From Nemertoderma westbladi (lineage: Eukaryota; Animalia; Xenacoelomorpha), in the NCBI GenBank assembly GCA_032718475.1, contig JAUCBJ010006003.1:1-59986 (forward strand): a stretch of DNA of 59,986 nucleotides. The letters run 5' to 3'. A program made the translations under genes and the position numbers. Shown piece after piece: positions 35,336-47,414 of this stretch (the stretch's first letter is position 1; every line of letters starts with the position of its first letter). Below the pieces are notes generated by a model. That model searched no databases and had not been told where the DNA came from. It saw only the letters and a list, made by a program, of their open reading frames with translations.

Positions 35336-37288
35336 CTAATGTGCCCCTTCTAATAGACAGCATTTCCCTACAGCTCTCCTGTAGGTTTTTCTATCTTTCG
35401 CACCTATCTTGCCACCTATCCGCACTTCTACCGATCGGACTCTTCCGTCCTCATCGGAGTAAGTGCCTACAACTCTCGCCAACCGCCACTGGTTGTTGAT
35501 GATAGTATCATCCGTAACGATTACGAGATCTCCCTCTCTTAACTCCCTATTCGACTTCCTCCACTTGCTTCTTTTGTGAAGCGTGGGTTGGTATTCCTCA
35601 ACCCACCTCCTCCAATACTCTGCGCTTATCGCTTTAGCGACTTTCCAACTCTGGCGGGAGTGTATGTCGTCTGGGTCTACACCCCGCATATCGATGGTCG
35701 CTGGCCTTTCCATTAGAAAATGGCTGGGCGTCAGCACATCTAGTGACTCAGGGTCATCATTCTCCGGATATAGCGGTCTGCTATTAATGATACCCTCACA
35801 CTTCGTGAGTACTGTTCTCAAGACGTCCTCCGTGACCATATGGGTGTTCATTAACTTCGTCATGAGACGCTTTGAACTGCCCACCAGTCTCTCGACGCAT
35901 CCTAGTGTATGCGGTGCATACGGCGTCCTCCTCTCCCACTTTACTTGTCGTCGTCTCATGGCTGCCCTGACTTCCTCCCCTTCCAAGGTGTCCAAGGCCT
36001 CTGCCATCTCGTTCTCTGCTCCCACAAAGTTGGTTCCGCTATCGGAGTACATTACTGCGATCGTCCCACCTTTGCGGTCTCTGAACCTTTCTAACGCATT
36101 AATGAATGCTGATGCGGTTGCATCCTGGGCGAGTTCTATCCCTACCGCCCGCGTGTTATTGCATACGAAGATGATACCGTAGCGTTTCTCCGTGTGCCGC
36201 ATCACCTTGATCTTTATCGGCCCGAACATGTCCACACCGCAATGCGTAAATGGCGGGTCATGCTGTCTTACCCTACTTGATGGTAGTGGTGCCATCTCCT
36301 GTATGGCTCGCTCCTTCTTCGCTCGTCGGCAGGTCTGGCACTGCCCCACTACTGCTTTTACCTTCTTCCTCAACTGCTTGACCCAAAAGGTCCTCCGTAT
36401 CTCCGTGAGGGTTCGGTTGGTGCCCCCGTGCAATATCGACTTGTGGGAGTCCCAGATAATCTGGTGGACTATTGGCGATCCTGTGGGAATGATGATGGGT
36501 TTCGGTGGTACGACTATGCTGTTGTTGTATCCCACCCTAGAATTCATTACTAGAATCCCGTCGTCATTAAGTTGTGGCGACAGCGTGATCAGCTCGCTGT
36601 CCCGACGAAGGTGGTGTTGTTTACCGACGCGTTCCACCTCGTCGCCATAGTTCTTCCGTTGTTCATAGCGGATGACTGCTTTGGCCGCTCCTTCCAGATC
36701 TATGGTTGTCCTGATCTTCTTGCCTTTGCCAACTCCCGCGAGGAAATTCCCGAAGGCTCTCCAGTACGCCACTAATTTCTTGGTCTTATACCAACTAGAG
36801 CTGTAGCTGAGGAGTTTATCCGTCGGGTTATCGCACAGTTCTTCTGGTTTAGGTTGCACGTCCCTTATCTCCCTCACCATCTGGGAGTATATCTCTTCTC
36901 CCTCTGAATCTCCCTCTTCTCCCTCTGATACTGCTTCTCCCGAGCCCGGGTCCACCTTCCTCATCGGCAGCCAGGCCTCCTTGTCGTTCAGAAACTGTGG
37001 CCCGTGTTGCCACAATACTTCCTTCTTCAAGAAAGTGTGGCGTACCACGCCCCTCGATAACAAGTCCGCTGGGTTCTCGTCCGTTGGGCAGTAGTGCCAC
37101 CTTTCCAATTCTGTGGTCGCCATTATTTCATCCACCCTATTCGAGACGAATATAGGGTATCTCGTCCTTTCGTTATGTAGCCAACCAAGCACTACCATGG
37201 AGTCCGTCCAGTAGTGTGTCTCCACTATGTTGGGAATAGTATTCACTAGGTAGGCTGTGGCCCTAACTCCTAGTCTCGCAGCTGTCAA
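35336..37288 (-). CDS. B pol: RNase H C-terminal part + integrase
   Basis: YWTDSMVVLGW, ENPADLLSRG, H..H..CQTC zinc finger, GVDMFGP, SDSGTNF, GCVERLV. Confidence 0.92.
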   Translation of the reverse strand: MTAARLGVRATAYLVNTIPNIVETHYWTDSMVVLGWLHNERTRYPIFVSNRVDEIMATTELERWHYCPTDENPADLLSRGVVRHTFLKKEVLWQHGPQFLNDKEAWLPMRKVDPGSGEAVSEGEEGDSEGEEIYSQMVREIRDVQPKPEELCDNPTDKLLSYSSSWYKTKKLVAYWRAFGNFLAGVGKGKKIRTTIDLEGAAKAVIRYEQRKNYGDEVERVGKQHHLRRDSELITLSPQLNDDGILVMNSRVGYNNSIVVPPKPIIIPTGSPIVHQIIWDSHKSILHGGTNRTLTEIRRTFWVKQLRKKVKAVVGQCQTCRRAKKERAIQEMAPLPSSRVRQHDPPFTHCGVDMFGPIKIKVMRHTEKRYGIIFVCNNTRAVGIELAQDATASAFINALERFRDRKGGTIAVMYSDSGTNFVGAENEMAEALDTLEGEEVRAAMRRRQVKWERRTPYAPHTLGCVERLVGSSKRLMTKLMNTHMVTEDVLRTVLTKCEGIINSRPLYPENDDPESLDVLTPSHFLMERPATIDMRGVDPDDIHSRQSWKVAKAISAEYWRRWVEEYQPTLHKRSKWRKSNRELREGDLVIVTDDTIINNQWRLARVVGTYSDEDGRVRSVEVRIGGKIGAKDRKTYRRAVGKCCLLEGAH

Positions 37289-37369
37289 TTCTAGTTTGGG
37301 AACTGATGCTGAATCTGGCGGCGTTGACTTCGCTTTGCTAAAGGCCAGTCTAGGCTTGTGAGCCCCCTC

Positions 37370-37816
37370 TCATTGTACTAAATAGAGTGCCGCTCCGTAT
37401 GCCTCCAACGACGCATCGGAGAACATGTGTAAGTCCAGATTCGTCATATTCCCATCCGGGAAATACACTCTTGGCATGCTGTATGTTCCCATCTTCTCCA
37501 AACCTTCTGTCCACTTACACCACTGTTTCTTGATCTCTTCTGGTACCTCTACGTCCCACTCATCCTTCAGTTTGTATACTCTCTTGAGTATCTGTTTCCC
37601 CGTGACTAATAGTGGGGATGCTAGACCTAGGGGATCGTATATCCTTGCTATATACGACACATAGCCCCTCTTTGTGTGAATGTCTGCGCCCTCCTGGCTC
37701 AGCTGGTACTTCAGTTCATCTGTCTCTCTGTTCCACGCGATTCCCAGTGCCTTCTGTTGAGACTCTGTCCTCTTGTTCGCCATGTCCTGCCCTTTGGCTG
37801 TTGTGGGATTATCCAT
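37370..37816 (-). pseudogene. B pol: connection / Pao RNase H N-terminal part
   Basis: KALGIAWN, IYDPLGL, LHMFSDASLEAYGA; bounded by stops. Confidence 0.88.
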
Positions 37817-37897
37817 GGTCGATTCTAGTCTCTCATCCTCTATCGCCTTGATAAATTCCTCCGAACTGGATTGGAATTTGGTCAGGTTAAAGCCGGA

Positions 37898-39550
37898 TCA
37901 TTTTAGGATGTCGCGAACCTCGCGCCCTGTGTCCAGTATCTCCTTAACCGTATTTCCAGACTCCATTCTGTCGTCTACATAGAAGCCGCGTCGAATCATA
38001 TCGATGGCCCTAGTGCTGTATCTATCCTCCTTCCCCTTCACTGTATCTCTTACTGCCATAGTCGTCGTAAATGAAGACGACTTGGCTCCCATGTTCTGTA
38101 CTACCATCTTGTACATCGGTATGGTTGACGGTTCTTCGTCGCCGTTGTACCACAAGAAGCGTTGACTGTTGCTATCCTCTTCCGTCACACGGACTTGGTT
38201 GAACATGCCTTCTATGTCACACGTGAAGGCGTGTTTCCCATTTCTAAATCTAAGTAGGACCTCTATCCCTGAGTTGTATATGTTGGGACCTTCTAGTAGA
38301 TAGTCGTTTAAGCATTTCCCGTTGGTCTTTGCCGATGCGTCAACTACCATCCGCAGTTTACCTTTCTTCGGATCTAAAGCCACGTGGAGTGGTAGGTAAT
38401 ACGTCCTATCCGTGTTTGGTTCGTCGACCGGTAACTCCACGGCCCATCCTTTCTCGACGTACTTCTTAATTGTTCTGTGGATGTACTCATTCTTCTCGGG
38501 GCTCCGTTTTAGTGTCTGCTTCAACTTACGAAGCCTCGTGAGCACCATCCCTTTATTATTGGGCAATGGTAGCTTTGGTAGCTTCCATACCATTCCTATG
38601 GTATACCGCCCCTCGTCGCATTTCATAGACTCCTCTACGCTTCGTTGAGCCTGTTTGTCTTCCACCGAGGTCCCGACCCCGGTCTCCTTTAATCCTTCAA
38701 AATCCTGTCTGAGTAGTCTCTTAAGCTGCTCCTCTGCTCTCTCATCACCCATTTCCTGCATAGTTCCCGCGAATATGCATCCTGATGTCTCCGACATCCT
38801 AAATGGTATCTTGCTCTTGATTGGGCCACTCAGCGTCCACCCGAATGGTGTCAGTATCGCCACCGGGTCACACTGCCTGTCTTCGCCGAAGACCGTTTGT
38901 ATTCTTTCGTGGGCCGTCGGGCAGTCCATTCCTACTATGATGGATACCTTCCTAACGTCCACCTCTGTGATTGAGAAGTCGATATCATCCAGAAACTTAT
39001 ATTGTTCGACCTCGATTTTGGTTGGTCGCCTGGCATTGATATTTATTGACTCTATCACTTGGATGGGGTCGATGGTCGCCCCGTAGTCGCATCCCGGTGC
39101 CACTGCTGCAATTGCGCACCATCCGGTCCTCATCTCCAGGACCTCATCTTTGCTAGAAATCGTTGTCACCGCCATTCTACTTGGCCTCGTTCTCAATCCT
39201 ATCTCTTCGGCCACCCAATCCTCGATTAATGTGAAGGCAGCTCCACTATCAACCAGCATCAGTGTGGTTACTGATCGATTGCCTTCTCCAATCACTCGCA
39301 CTGGTACTACCCCAAGTAGCACCATTCCTCTCTTCTTCGCCCCTACCGTGCTCGTTGCCATTGTTTGGCCTTTCCTTTGACCGAACTTGACTGGCGTCTC
39401 CTTGCATTGCCTAGCTCTATGTCCACTCATCACACATCGCGAGCAGATCTCATTTCTCGCCGCATATTCTACCTGATCTTCCCTGGGTAGCGCTTGCCAG
39501 TACCTGCAGTTCATAGTTTGTGATGAAGCGCATTTGTATGTAGCGGGCAT
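37898..39550 (-). CDS. B pol: zinc knuckle + aspartic protease + reverse transcriptase
   Basis: CSRCVMSGHRARQC, LVDSGA, YYLPLH, KLRMVVDAS, LNDYLLEGPN, DIEGMFNQV, FYVDD. Confidence 0.93.
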   Translation of the reverse strand: MPATYKCASSQTMNCRYWQALPREDQVEYAARNEICSRCVMSGHRARQCKETPVKFGQRKGQTMATSTVGAKKRGMVLLGVVPVRVIGEGNRSVTTLMLVDSGAAFTLIEDWVAEEIGLRTRPSRMAVTTISSKDEVLEMRTGWCAIAAVAPGCDYGATIDPIQVIESININARRPTKIEVEQYKFLDDIDFSITEVDVRKVSIIVGMDCPTAHERIQTVFGEDRQCDPVAILTPFGWTLSGPIKSKIPFRMSETSGCIFAGTMQEMGDERAEEQLKRLLRQDFEGLKETGVGTSVEDKQAQRSVEESMKCDEGRYTIGMVWKLPKLPLPNNKGMVLTRLRKLKQTLKRSPEKNEYIHRTIKKYVEKGWAVELPVDEPNTDRTYYLPLHVALDPKKGKLRMVVDASAKTNGKCLNDYLLEGPNIYNSGIEVLLRFRNGKHAFTCDIEGMFNQVRVTEEDSNSQRFLWYNGDEEPSTIPMYKMVVQNMGAKSSSFTTTMAVRDTVKGKEDRYSTRAIDMIRRGFYVDDRMESGNTVKEILDTGREVRDILK

Positions 39551-42500
39551 TTGCTCTTTGGGTTGTAGCCCTCCTTATGCAGTGCATTGCGTATCGCAGT
39601 TGCATTTGCACCCAAGTCCCTACTATTCTTGTTGTTTGGGTTCGGCCTACTGGACGTACTAGGGTTATATTTATTTGTGTTGTTATTGTTCCCCTGTCCG
39701 TTCCATGGTGTGGTCTTACCTTCGGCTACCTGTGGACTTGCAGTCCCCTGCGTCGCTGCGTATGGCAATGATTGCCTGAGCTTTGGTAATGCGTTTGACG
39801 TGTTGTGTTCTGGTTTCGGCCTATGGTAATCGGTTCTTGGTCCCTTTCCCAGGCTGTCCTCACTATAGACTGGGTCGGTTATTAGTTCAGCTTTGTAGTT
39901 TAAGAAGCTCGACATTTCTTCTAAACCCGGTTCCACACCCTTCCTATCTCGAGTGGAGAAAGCGATCTTCCTCCACTTGTTGCGCAGCCACATCGGTAGT
40001 GCCTGCGCTATCGTGGTGATGTTGTTGGACGCGTTGAGTTCGTATGGCGCGTCTAGCGTCTTTAACACGATTAGCGCCTTCTCGACCTTGTTCGCGAATG
40101 TCTTAATGCTAACGGGACTATCCTGTAGGCCACCCGATGTTATGCCTCTCAGGGTTTGCCGGATGATCTTGGCCGGGTGCCCGTATTCCCTGTCCAATGC
40201 CCGCCATGCCGTCGTGAAGCCGCCCTCTATACCCTGGTATTGCCTCACGATGTCGTATGCTGGGCCTCCTGTGTATACTTGGAGATATTTTAGGCACTCC
40301 GCCTGCGTCAAGTTCTTTGTTAGTATTTCGTTACTATACATGCGCCGAAACTGTAGATATTCTTCTGGCCTACTCCCATCGAATTTAAATGGTTCCACTG
40401 GTGGTAGCTCGATCCTTGTCTTTAGCACATCGATTAACGTGGCCATTCCCATCGCCTGCGCTTCCAATGGGTTCGATGGATGTTGTATAGTTTCTCCTGT
40501 TAGGTGCGGTCCGTCCGTCCTATTTCCTGTCTTCCTCTGGCTTGGGTATATCATTGGGGGTAGCGGCCCCCTCCATATTTCTGTGTCGCATGACCTATTT
40601 TCATCCAAAGGTCTCGTTGTTCTTACTCCTATCGGGGTATATTGTTGAAATTGTGATGGGGGAATGTCACCCTGTCCCCCCCCCCCCCCCCCCCACCGGT
40701 ATGTTTGGTACTGGGGTTGATGTTAATATATTGGGGCCCATGCACCTATCCGCAATAGTTTCCCCCTCCCCTGGGTATATGTTATGTCCCTGCATGCTGT
40801 AGTCATACTGCTGTGCTGGTACCGGTATAGGCCTATCATCTTCTGGCCTACCTGCCGGTATGTACTCTGCGACTTCCGGGTTTAATTCCGTCGTCCGCGC
40901 TATCCTATCGCCTACATTATTCCTGTCAGCATGGCCTATGGTATGTGCAGTAAGGCCTACAGTATGTCCTACAGTCTGTATGTGTCGCTCGGGATCGAAG
41001 TTTATTCTTCTCGAATAATCCTCCCCGCGGCTACCGTATTCTCGATCGGTAGGTATATCCCATCGGGAAGTTTCTCTTCGACCCCCTCTACTGCTCTCGT
41101 CTTCGTACCGGTACATTGTGTACCCCTCTCTCGACGCGTAATGCGTCTCGTCAGGTCGCGTCTCTCCAGGACGACGGCAATCTCCCGAAGTTCGACCCCA
41201 CCGACACTCTCTTTCCATCTTGACTACCGATGGCTCGCTGTCCATCCTCGCTCTCCTATCGTTTGCGGCGATACTTCTCCTACTGTCTTCTCTTCTTCTC
41301 CTTTCAGTGCAGTATTCCCGCTCGTGAGATCTCTCGTCGACCTCCCAGTTAAACTCCACTGTTCTTCTTCCCTCTTCTGATCGGGCTCGACGCTCCGTCC
41401 GCCCTCTCGCGACGTCAACCTGCCTCTCTCTGCTCGATCGCACGCCGCTGGGGATACTCGCAATCCCCCTATCACTCTCCGTCGCCGGGTGTTGCGATTT
41501 ACCTAATGCGGCCCGCGCATTATCCGCCGATGCCTGTGGGACACTCTCTGCCCCCCCCCCCTCTCGCCACTAACCTGTTGCTGTGGGGTTCCCGTAGTCC
41601 CCCCCCCCCCACTCGCCATTAACTTCCCGTTGTGGGACTCCTGCAGCCCCCCCCCCCCCCCACTCGCCACATATCATGCCGCTACCTCTTACTTCACTTC
41701 TACACCCCTCTCCAGTCGACACAATGTTTCTACTACGGCTGGGTTCGCTTACCCCTGCCTCTCTCCCCACTACTACTTGGCCTACCGGGCCTACTCCGGG
41801 TTGGCTCAACCCCGCCACCTCCTGCCTACTAATTACGTGGCCTACCAGGCCCACCTCGGGTTGACTCAACCCCGTCGCTTCCTGCCTACTAACTACGTGG
41901 CCTACCAGGCCCACCTCGGGTTGACTCAACCCCGCCACCTCTGGCTCGTTAACTACGCGGTCCATCAGGCTGGCTTCCGGGCTATACACGCCCGACGCGT
42001 TCACATTAATAGCACCACAGGTACCGTTATTGGTTAAATCAATTAAATACTACACCCCAGTTAAATTATTTTGTGCACCCAAATTAGAAACGGAATTATT
42101 TTCTTCGTTCAAAATAAAGTTATTCGGATTATTTTGCGCAATTCGTAACTTGAATTATTTTGGAAATTCGAATTCAGATTATTATTTAGATTATTTGGAT
42201 TATTCGGATTTAAATTTAAATTACTACTACTAGGTAAAATATTTCCTGCAATAAAAGTTTGGTTAGAGTTATCCAATACGGTACTATTAATATTAACGTC
42301 GTCTACTGTAGTATTATTATTACCCCCCCCCCCACCCGTACGGTCACACCAGTCTCGGGTCTGTCGTGCGGTTCCTGTAAGTGGGGTATTAATAAATGTT
42401 TCCTCGGGCCTTGGCTCCTCGAGAGCACTCGACCCAGCCTCACTCTCTGACAACCCCAATCGCGCCAATTTCAGTATGCGCTGCTGTCTGGTTTGGTGCT

Positions 42501-43755
42501 GAATTAACCCCCCTAGGCGGGCATGTAAACCATCCCGCATACGCCTCCCATCTGCTATCATTTCCCGACTCTCCCGTGCACTCTGTTCGGCCAGTTCCTT
42601 CTCTCTCTCAATTCTCTCCCTCCGTCTCGCCTCGCGCTCTTTATGTTCCGCCTTGCGCTCTCTACGCTCATTCTCCTCTCTCGCCTCACACTCCCTTCGT
42701 TCCGCCTTGCGCTCTTTACGCTCACTTTCCTCTCTCGCCTCACGCTCCTCTTGTTCCTTCCTCCCTATTTCCTCACTCTCCCTAAAGCTTTTCGCGGCTC
42801 TCTCGGCCCTCTCTCCGGTCTCTTTAATCAGTTCCATCTCTTTCTCTAATAGCGCTCTCCCCTCCTCTAACTGTCTCTCTACCTCTCTCTGGCCCTGCGC
42901 TATCAGTTCGAGATGGTAAACTGCGTTTATTTCCCTCACCCGTCTTCCTTTTACGGACGATGTAGCAGACTTATCGGTTGTGACGGATTCACTCCGCCTT
43001 CCCGTCCTACTGACTCTCCCCCGCCTCCCGGAATTGGAATTCCCTCCGACCGACGAGACCGAATCCTCGGGGTTAACCTCGGATTCGCCCTCCTCAGGTC
43101 TCCTCCAACCCACTAATTTTATACCCTGGGCATCGACTAAGTATGGCCCTATGTACACTACACTAGGTTGCATACCCCTACACCACCATAAATCACACAG
43201 TTCCTCGGCAACCCCTCTCGCTCTCTCCTTGGCCAGTTCTCTCTGCCCAAAGCGCATTAGATAACTAAAATGTTTATCCGACTCACCTAGTCCTTGTGTC
43301 AACTTTACCTCGTCTATTCTCGCCCCCTCCTTGGCCTCCTTAAGTAGCTTCCGGGTCGCGTTGTAGGCCCGTCGAAGTCGATCAGAAACCCCGACGTCCT
43401 CGTCGCCGACCTCTCCTTCATCTCTCCGGGTCCGACGTCGTACCGGCGGCCCCACCGTCGCCGTTCCGGTGGGCCGTCCATCGCCCTCGGCCTGTGGCTG
43501 GCCGGCGACATCGGCACGTCGACCGTCGTCGTGTGTCGACTCGTCTCTTTCTCCTTCCAGCTCGCCCTCTCCTTCTCTCAACTCGACTCCCGCTCCTCTC
43601 GACTCGACCTCTGGCTCCAGACGGCCCCCCTCATCTTGAACTGCCGGATGACCCGTTACCGATGGGTCCGGCGTCGTGGGCCTGTACCGTCTGGTCGCGG
43701 CCTCGCGGATCGTTAGTTCTTCGTCCGGGGTCCGCGTTGGCGTTATGTCGCTCAT
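39511..43755 (-). pseudogene. B gag (long low-complexity N-terminus + capsid-like core), frameshifted
   Basis: ORFs 42109..43755, 41570..42004, 40667..41443, 39511..40608 (KFDGSRPEEYLQF...LDREYG); several breaks lie at poly-C runs; 60-bp coding tandem repeats at ~41790-41950 and ~42640-42750. Confidence 0.8.
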
Positions 43756-43791
43756 CCTGTCCTTGCTTTAGATCGGTGGCTGGTAGATGCT

Positions 43792-43802
43792 AGTTCTAAG
43801 AC
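43792..43802 (-). promoter_or_regulatory. B primer-binding position, self-complementary type (GTCTTAGAACT)
   Basis: No TGG; 9 contiguous and 10/11 total complementary to LTR 44009-44019. Confidence 0.65.
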
Positions 43803-44357
43803 TGTGACGGGATCCAAGGAGGATCCCGGTTTATCCGCGGTTGTTCAAAGTACGCATCCCCGCCGTTTGTGTGGAAAGAGTTTGAGAGTTCTGGTGTTAT
43901 TGATTCTCTGATATGTATAATATAAACGTTAAATGGATATAGTATAAATGGTGTAATATATTGCAATTGAAGTATAGTATGTACAGGTAATGGTGGTAGG
44001 CGAGGACGGTCTTAGAAGTCTCCGCTCTACCCTAGCTAACCGACTGACACAAATGAGATAACTGAATAACTGATTACTGATACCTAATAATATATTGCAC
44101 GGTTTGGCCGTTGTTACAGTACCTAGCCGGTGCCTGCCCCCCCATTGGCTGATATCCCTGTTGGCGCCCTTTGGAGTGTTTCCCCTTCACTCCCGCTATT
44201 CTCTCTCTGTCAGGGGTATGGCCCCTGACCCCTATTGTGTGTTTCTCCTTCCCACTTTGTTGGGATGGCACGAGTGGTTGATTACCCAACCTCGTGGCCC
44301 CCAATATTGCTTAACGGCTTACTTTGTGGGGTGTTAGCGGAATTGGATAAGCTAACA
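43803..44357 (-). repeat. B 5' LTR
   Basis: tgtgacggg...gctaaca followed by TSD CATCG. Confidence 0.97.
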
Positions 44358-44367
44358 CATCGTGTTG

Positions 44368-46995
44368 CTAGTTCCAAAGCGAGCGATCTGTCATTCGTAA
44401 ACTCAGTATGAAGCTGTTGGTAGATAGATCGTTCACCATATCTAGATGGATCGCTCTACAAGTCATACAGACAAAGATGACACACCATCGCTTGACTATA
44501 GTCCTAGCACGATATACTTCAATAGGGCCAAATAAATCCACACCGGTATTAGTAAAGGGTGGTTCATAGAAGCTTACTCGTTCCCTAGGTAATTCTGCCT
44601 CTCGCTGTGTTAAAGGCCTACTGAATGCTTTCCTACAGGGTATACAGTTCCTAAGAACTTGGTTCAGAGCTCTACGCGGTTTATGGAAATAATAGCGAGT
44701 TCGAATTTCGCTAAGAACTCGTTCTCTACCAGCATGGTAAAGCTTACTGTGAACATCTACAATCATCTTGATTTGTATTTCAAGATTTCTAATGAGTATG
44801 GAAAACTTAGTGTCAAAGGATAGTGGAGCATTAGTTAGTCTCCCTCCAACACGTATCAACCCATCTATCATTGTGCTAGAGAAACGATCCCTTAAGCGTA
44901 TCTGCAGATTTCTCAACAACAGGAAATTCTTATCGGAATCTTCATAGCATTGCAGGAGTCTCAGTATCTGCTTATTGGTTTCTTCATGCTCCTGGTAGCG
45001 GATCTTCTCCGTCAGAAACCTATCTGATACTTTGTATTGGGGAAGATCTTTAATAGCATGAACCTGTGCAGATGTCAGTGGAGCGATATCACTAGCGATC
45101 TTCGTCCTGGAGTAGTGATGATGGAAGCATCGCTTTAAATATACGACGGCCTTACAAAGCCAATTCCAGGAGCTATAGTGATGTATCACTCTCTGCAGGA
45201 GAGGTGAGAGTCCCTGCGAGACGTCTGGTGTTCCAGATTTCCAGTCTCTCTCTCTGATTTCCACAACAGACTTATTTGTGGCGGGGGAGTTTAGATTCAC
45301 AGCGTCGTCCCCGGAAATGTGTAGCACAGACAGATCTATCACGGGTTTAAATAACTTCGATTTACTCGTCCGGGTTTTAGGTTTGACTTTCTCCCCTCCC
45401 TTGGCTTGTATAATCTCAGCCGTGGTAAGATGAGGAGGCCATTCATCTTCTTCTTTACTTAGGAAGTCGGGTCCACCTAACCAGTCCGGAGTATCTATCA
45501 GTTCTTGAGGAGTTGCTCCTCTGGAGGCGATGTCGGCTGGATTAATCGTCCCAGGGCAATGTCTCCATTGATCTACACTAGTGCGACTAAGTATAATGGC
45601 TACTCTGTTGGTAATGAAGACGCTGAACTGACAGACTTCATTGGTTATATACTCCAAAACGAGTAAAGCATCAGTCCAATAGACAGTTTTCTCCAGTGGA
45701 TAGTCGATCTGTTCTGTGACATTCCGGCCGATGGCTGTAGCGTATAGAGCTGCCTTTAACTCTGCTCGAGGAACTCGTAGCTTGTTGTTTATCAAGGCCT
45801 TAGAGGTAACCAAGGCAACTTTAATTCCATCCGGAGTTTCAACCCTCAGGTAGGCTACTATACCTATTCCCATATCGCTGGCGTCTCCAAACACATGGAG
45901 TTGATAGGAATACGTGGGGAGAACGTGACCAAAATAGGAACGGGAAATCGTAAAGTTCTCGATGGATGGTAGAGAGTCTTCCCATTTCATCCACTTCTTT
46001 AGTAGTTCTCCCTTAAGTGGATCGTCCCACGAGTGGTTTTCAAGCCACATTTGTTGCACTAAGCTCCGAGCAACCAATATAACTGGGCTAATAAATCCCA
46101 ATGGATCGAAATAAGTGCTCAGGATACTTAGACAAATCCGTTTAGTTTGAACTGGATTATCTCGCTGTTTTAGCTGGAAAAACAGGATATCTCTCTCCGT
46201 GTCCCATTTCAAACCAAGCGTCTTGGTTTCTGGAAGATCGTCCTTGATTAGGTCCAGATCTTTAACTCCTCGGTCTTCTACCGGGATCGATTCCAGAAAC
46301 TCACGGGAGTTACTTGTGAATTTAGTTAGTCGAAATCCACCGCGTTTCAAGCACTCTACCGTTCCCTTGGCAACATCAATGGCTTCTTCCACCGATGGGA
46401 GGGACTTTAAATTATCGTCCATGTATATATCCCATTTGATGTTGTCGATAACCGCTTTAGAGAAGGCGTCTCGGTTGTCATCAGCAGTGGTGCGCACTAC
46501 TGAACAAGCGTTCGAGGGGCTCGAGATGATCCCGAAAGCCTGGATGGTCATCCAGTACTCCACCGGTTTTTGGTTGAGGTCTCCTTCAGGCCACCACAGA
46601 AATCGTAGGCTGTCTCGATCCCTATCCAGCGCCTTAACTTGTAAGAACATGCCCTCTATATCCGAGGCGAAGGCGATCGAATATTGCCGTAATCTTAAGA
46701 GTATTCCCAACAAGGATTGGAGTAAGTTGGGTCCCGGCAACAACTCAGAGTTAAGGGATTGGCCCATGTAAAGGGCGGAGCCGTCAAATACTACCCGGAC
46801 TTTGTTGGGTTTACTGGGTTTGGGAACGTAATGATGTGTTAGATAATACGTTCTCTCAGTTATGGGTGTTTCTTCCGGTACTCGCTCCGCGTATCCCTTA
46901 TCGATGAATTTCTTCAGCTGGGTCTTATACATCTCTTTAGCTGAAGCATTTTCCGTAAGGTGTCGATGTAGTTGCACGATTCTCTTCTCCACCAA
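44368..46995 (-). CDS. A3 pol: reverse transcriptase, RNase H, integrase N-terminal half
   Basis: YYLTHH, KVRVVFDGS, DIEGMFLQV, IYMDD, FDPLG, FGDAS, WTDA, NPADIASRG, HHCC finger, GVDLFGP; frameshift just before the B insertion. Confidence 0.93.
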   Translation of the reverse strand: MVEKRIVQLHRHLTENASAKEMYKTQLKKFIDKGYAERVPEETPITERTYYLTHHYVPKPSKPNKVRVVFDGSALYMGQSLNSELLPGPNLLQSLLGILLRLRQYSIAFASDIEGMFLQVKALDRDRDSLRFLWWPEGDLNQKPVEYWMTIQAFGIISSPSNACSVVRTTADDNRDAFSKAVIDNIKWDIYMDDNLKSLPSVEEAIDVAKGTVECLKRGGFRLTKFTSNSREFLESIPVEDRGVKDLDLIKDDLPETKTLGLKWDTERDILFFQLKQRDNPVQTKRICLSILSTYFDPLGFISPVILVARSLVQQMWLENHSWDDPLKGELLKKWMKWEDSLPSIENFTISRSYFGHVLPTYSYQLHVFGDASDMGIGIVAYLRVETPDGIKVALVTSKALINNKLRVPRAELKAALYATAIGRNVTEQIDYPLEKTVYWTDALLVLEYITNEVCQFSVFITNRVAIILSRTSVDQWRHCPGTINPADIASRGATPQELIDTPDWLGGPDFLSKEEDEWPPHLTTAEIIQAKGGEKVKPKTRTSKSKLFKPVIDLSVLHISGDDAVNLNSPATNKSVVEIRERDWKSGTPDVSQGLSPLLQRVIHHYSSWNWLCKAVVYLKRCFHHHYSRTKIASDIAPLTSAQVHAIKDLPQYKVSDRFLTEKIRYQEHEETNKQILRLLQCYEDSDKNFLLLRNLQIRLRDRFSSTMIDGLIRVGGRLTNAPLSFDTKFSILIRNLEIQIKMIVDVHSKLYHAGRERVLSEIRTRYYFHKPRRALNQVLRNCIPCRKAFSRPLTQREAELPRERVSFYEPPFTNTGVDLFGPIEVYRARTIVKRWCVIFVCMTCRAIHLDMVNDLSTNSFILSLRMTDRSLWN

Positions 46996-47414
46996 GGGTC
47001 GGTTATTTATAAAGTTGGGTTCTCGCCGTCGGAATGGCAGACCAATCTCATACCTACCTTGATCTTTAAGAAAACTTGTAGTCGTTTCCTGGATCTGCTT
47101 GGCTCTTTCCTCCTCGACCGATAGTGCTTTGTCGTAGGAATTAGGCTCTACAGCTTCTTGAGTAAAGAATCGTACGGCGTGTTCGTCGCAAATCTTAGCG
47201 TTGTGTCAATCTATCACCTCATTTAGCTCGTCATTGTAGTCGAGTTGTCCGCCATGATGGATGAGATGGCAAAGGTGCACTTGGTTTCTCCAAGCTTCAC
47301 TTTCAGTGAGGAGGTCGATTGTATTTTCCTCGTCAAATAATTGGGTAATATCGTCGTTGTCTGAGGAGTATGGTGTTCCCTCAGGTGTGATCTCTCCCTC
47401 ACTGATTTCTTCTT

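Larger units (their letters stand above)
30684..44357 (-). mobile_element. BEL/Pao LTR retrotransposon B (13.7 kb, full domain set + accessory ORF), nested in the A3 integrase
   Basis: 555-bp near-identical LTRs; TSD CATCG at 30679-30683 and 44358-44362; PPT GGGGGGGAG at 31239-31247. Confidence 0.97.

Noticed and set aside
40660-41660. Programmed frameshifting between B gag fragments
   Set aside because: Breaks coincide with long poly-C runs; sequencing error or decay is more likely and cannot be separated without reads.
32363-43793. Many plus-strand ORFs over element B
   Set aside because: Antisense shadows of GC-rich retroelement coding sequence with no recognisable motifs.
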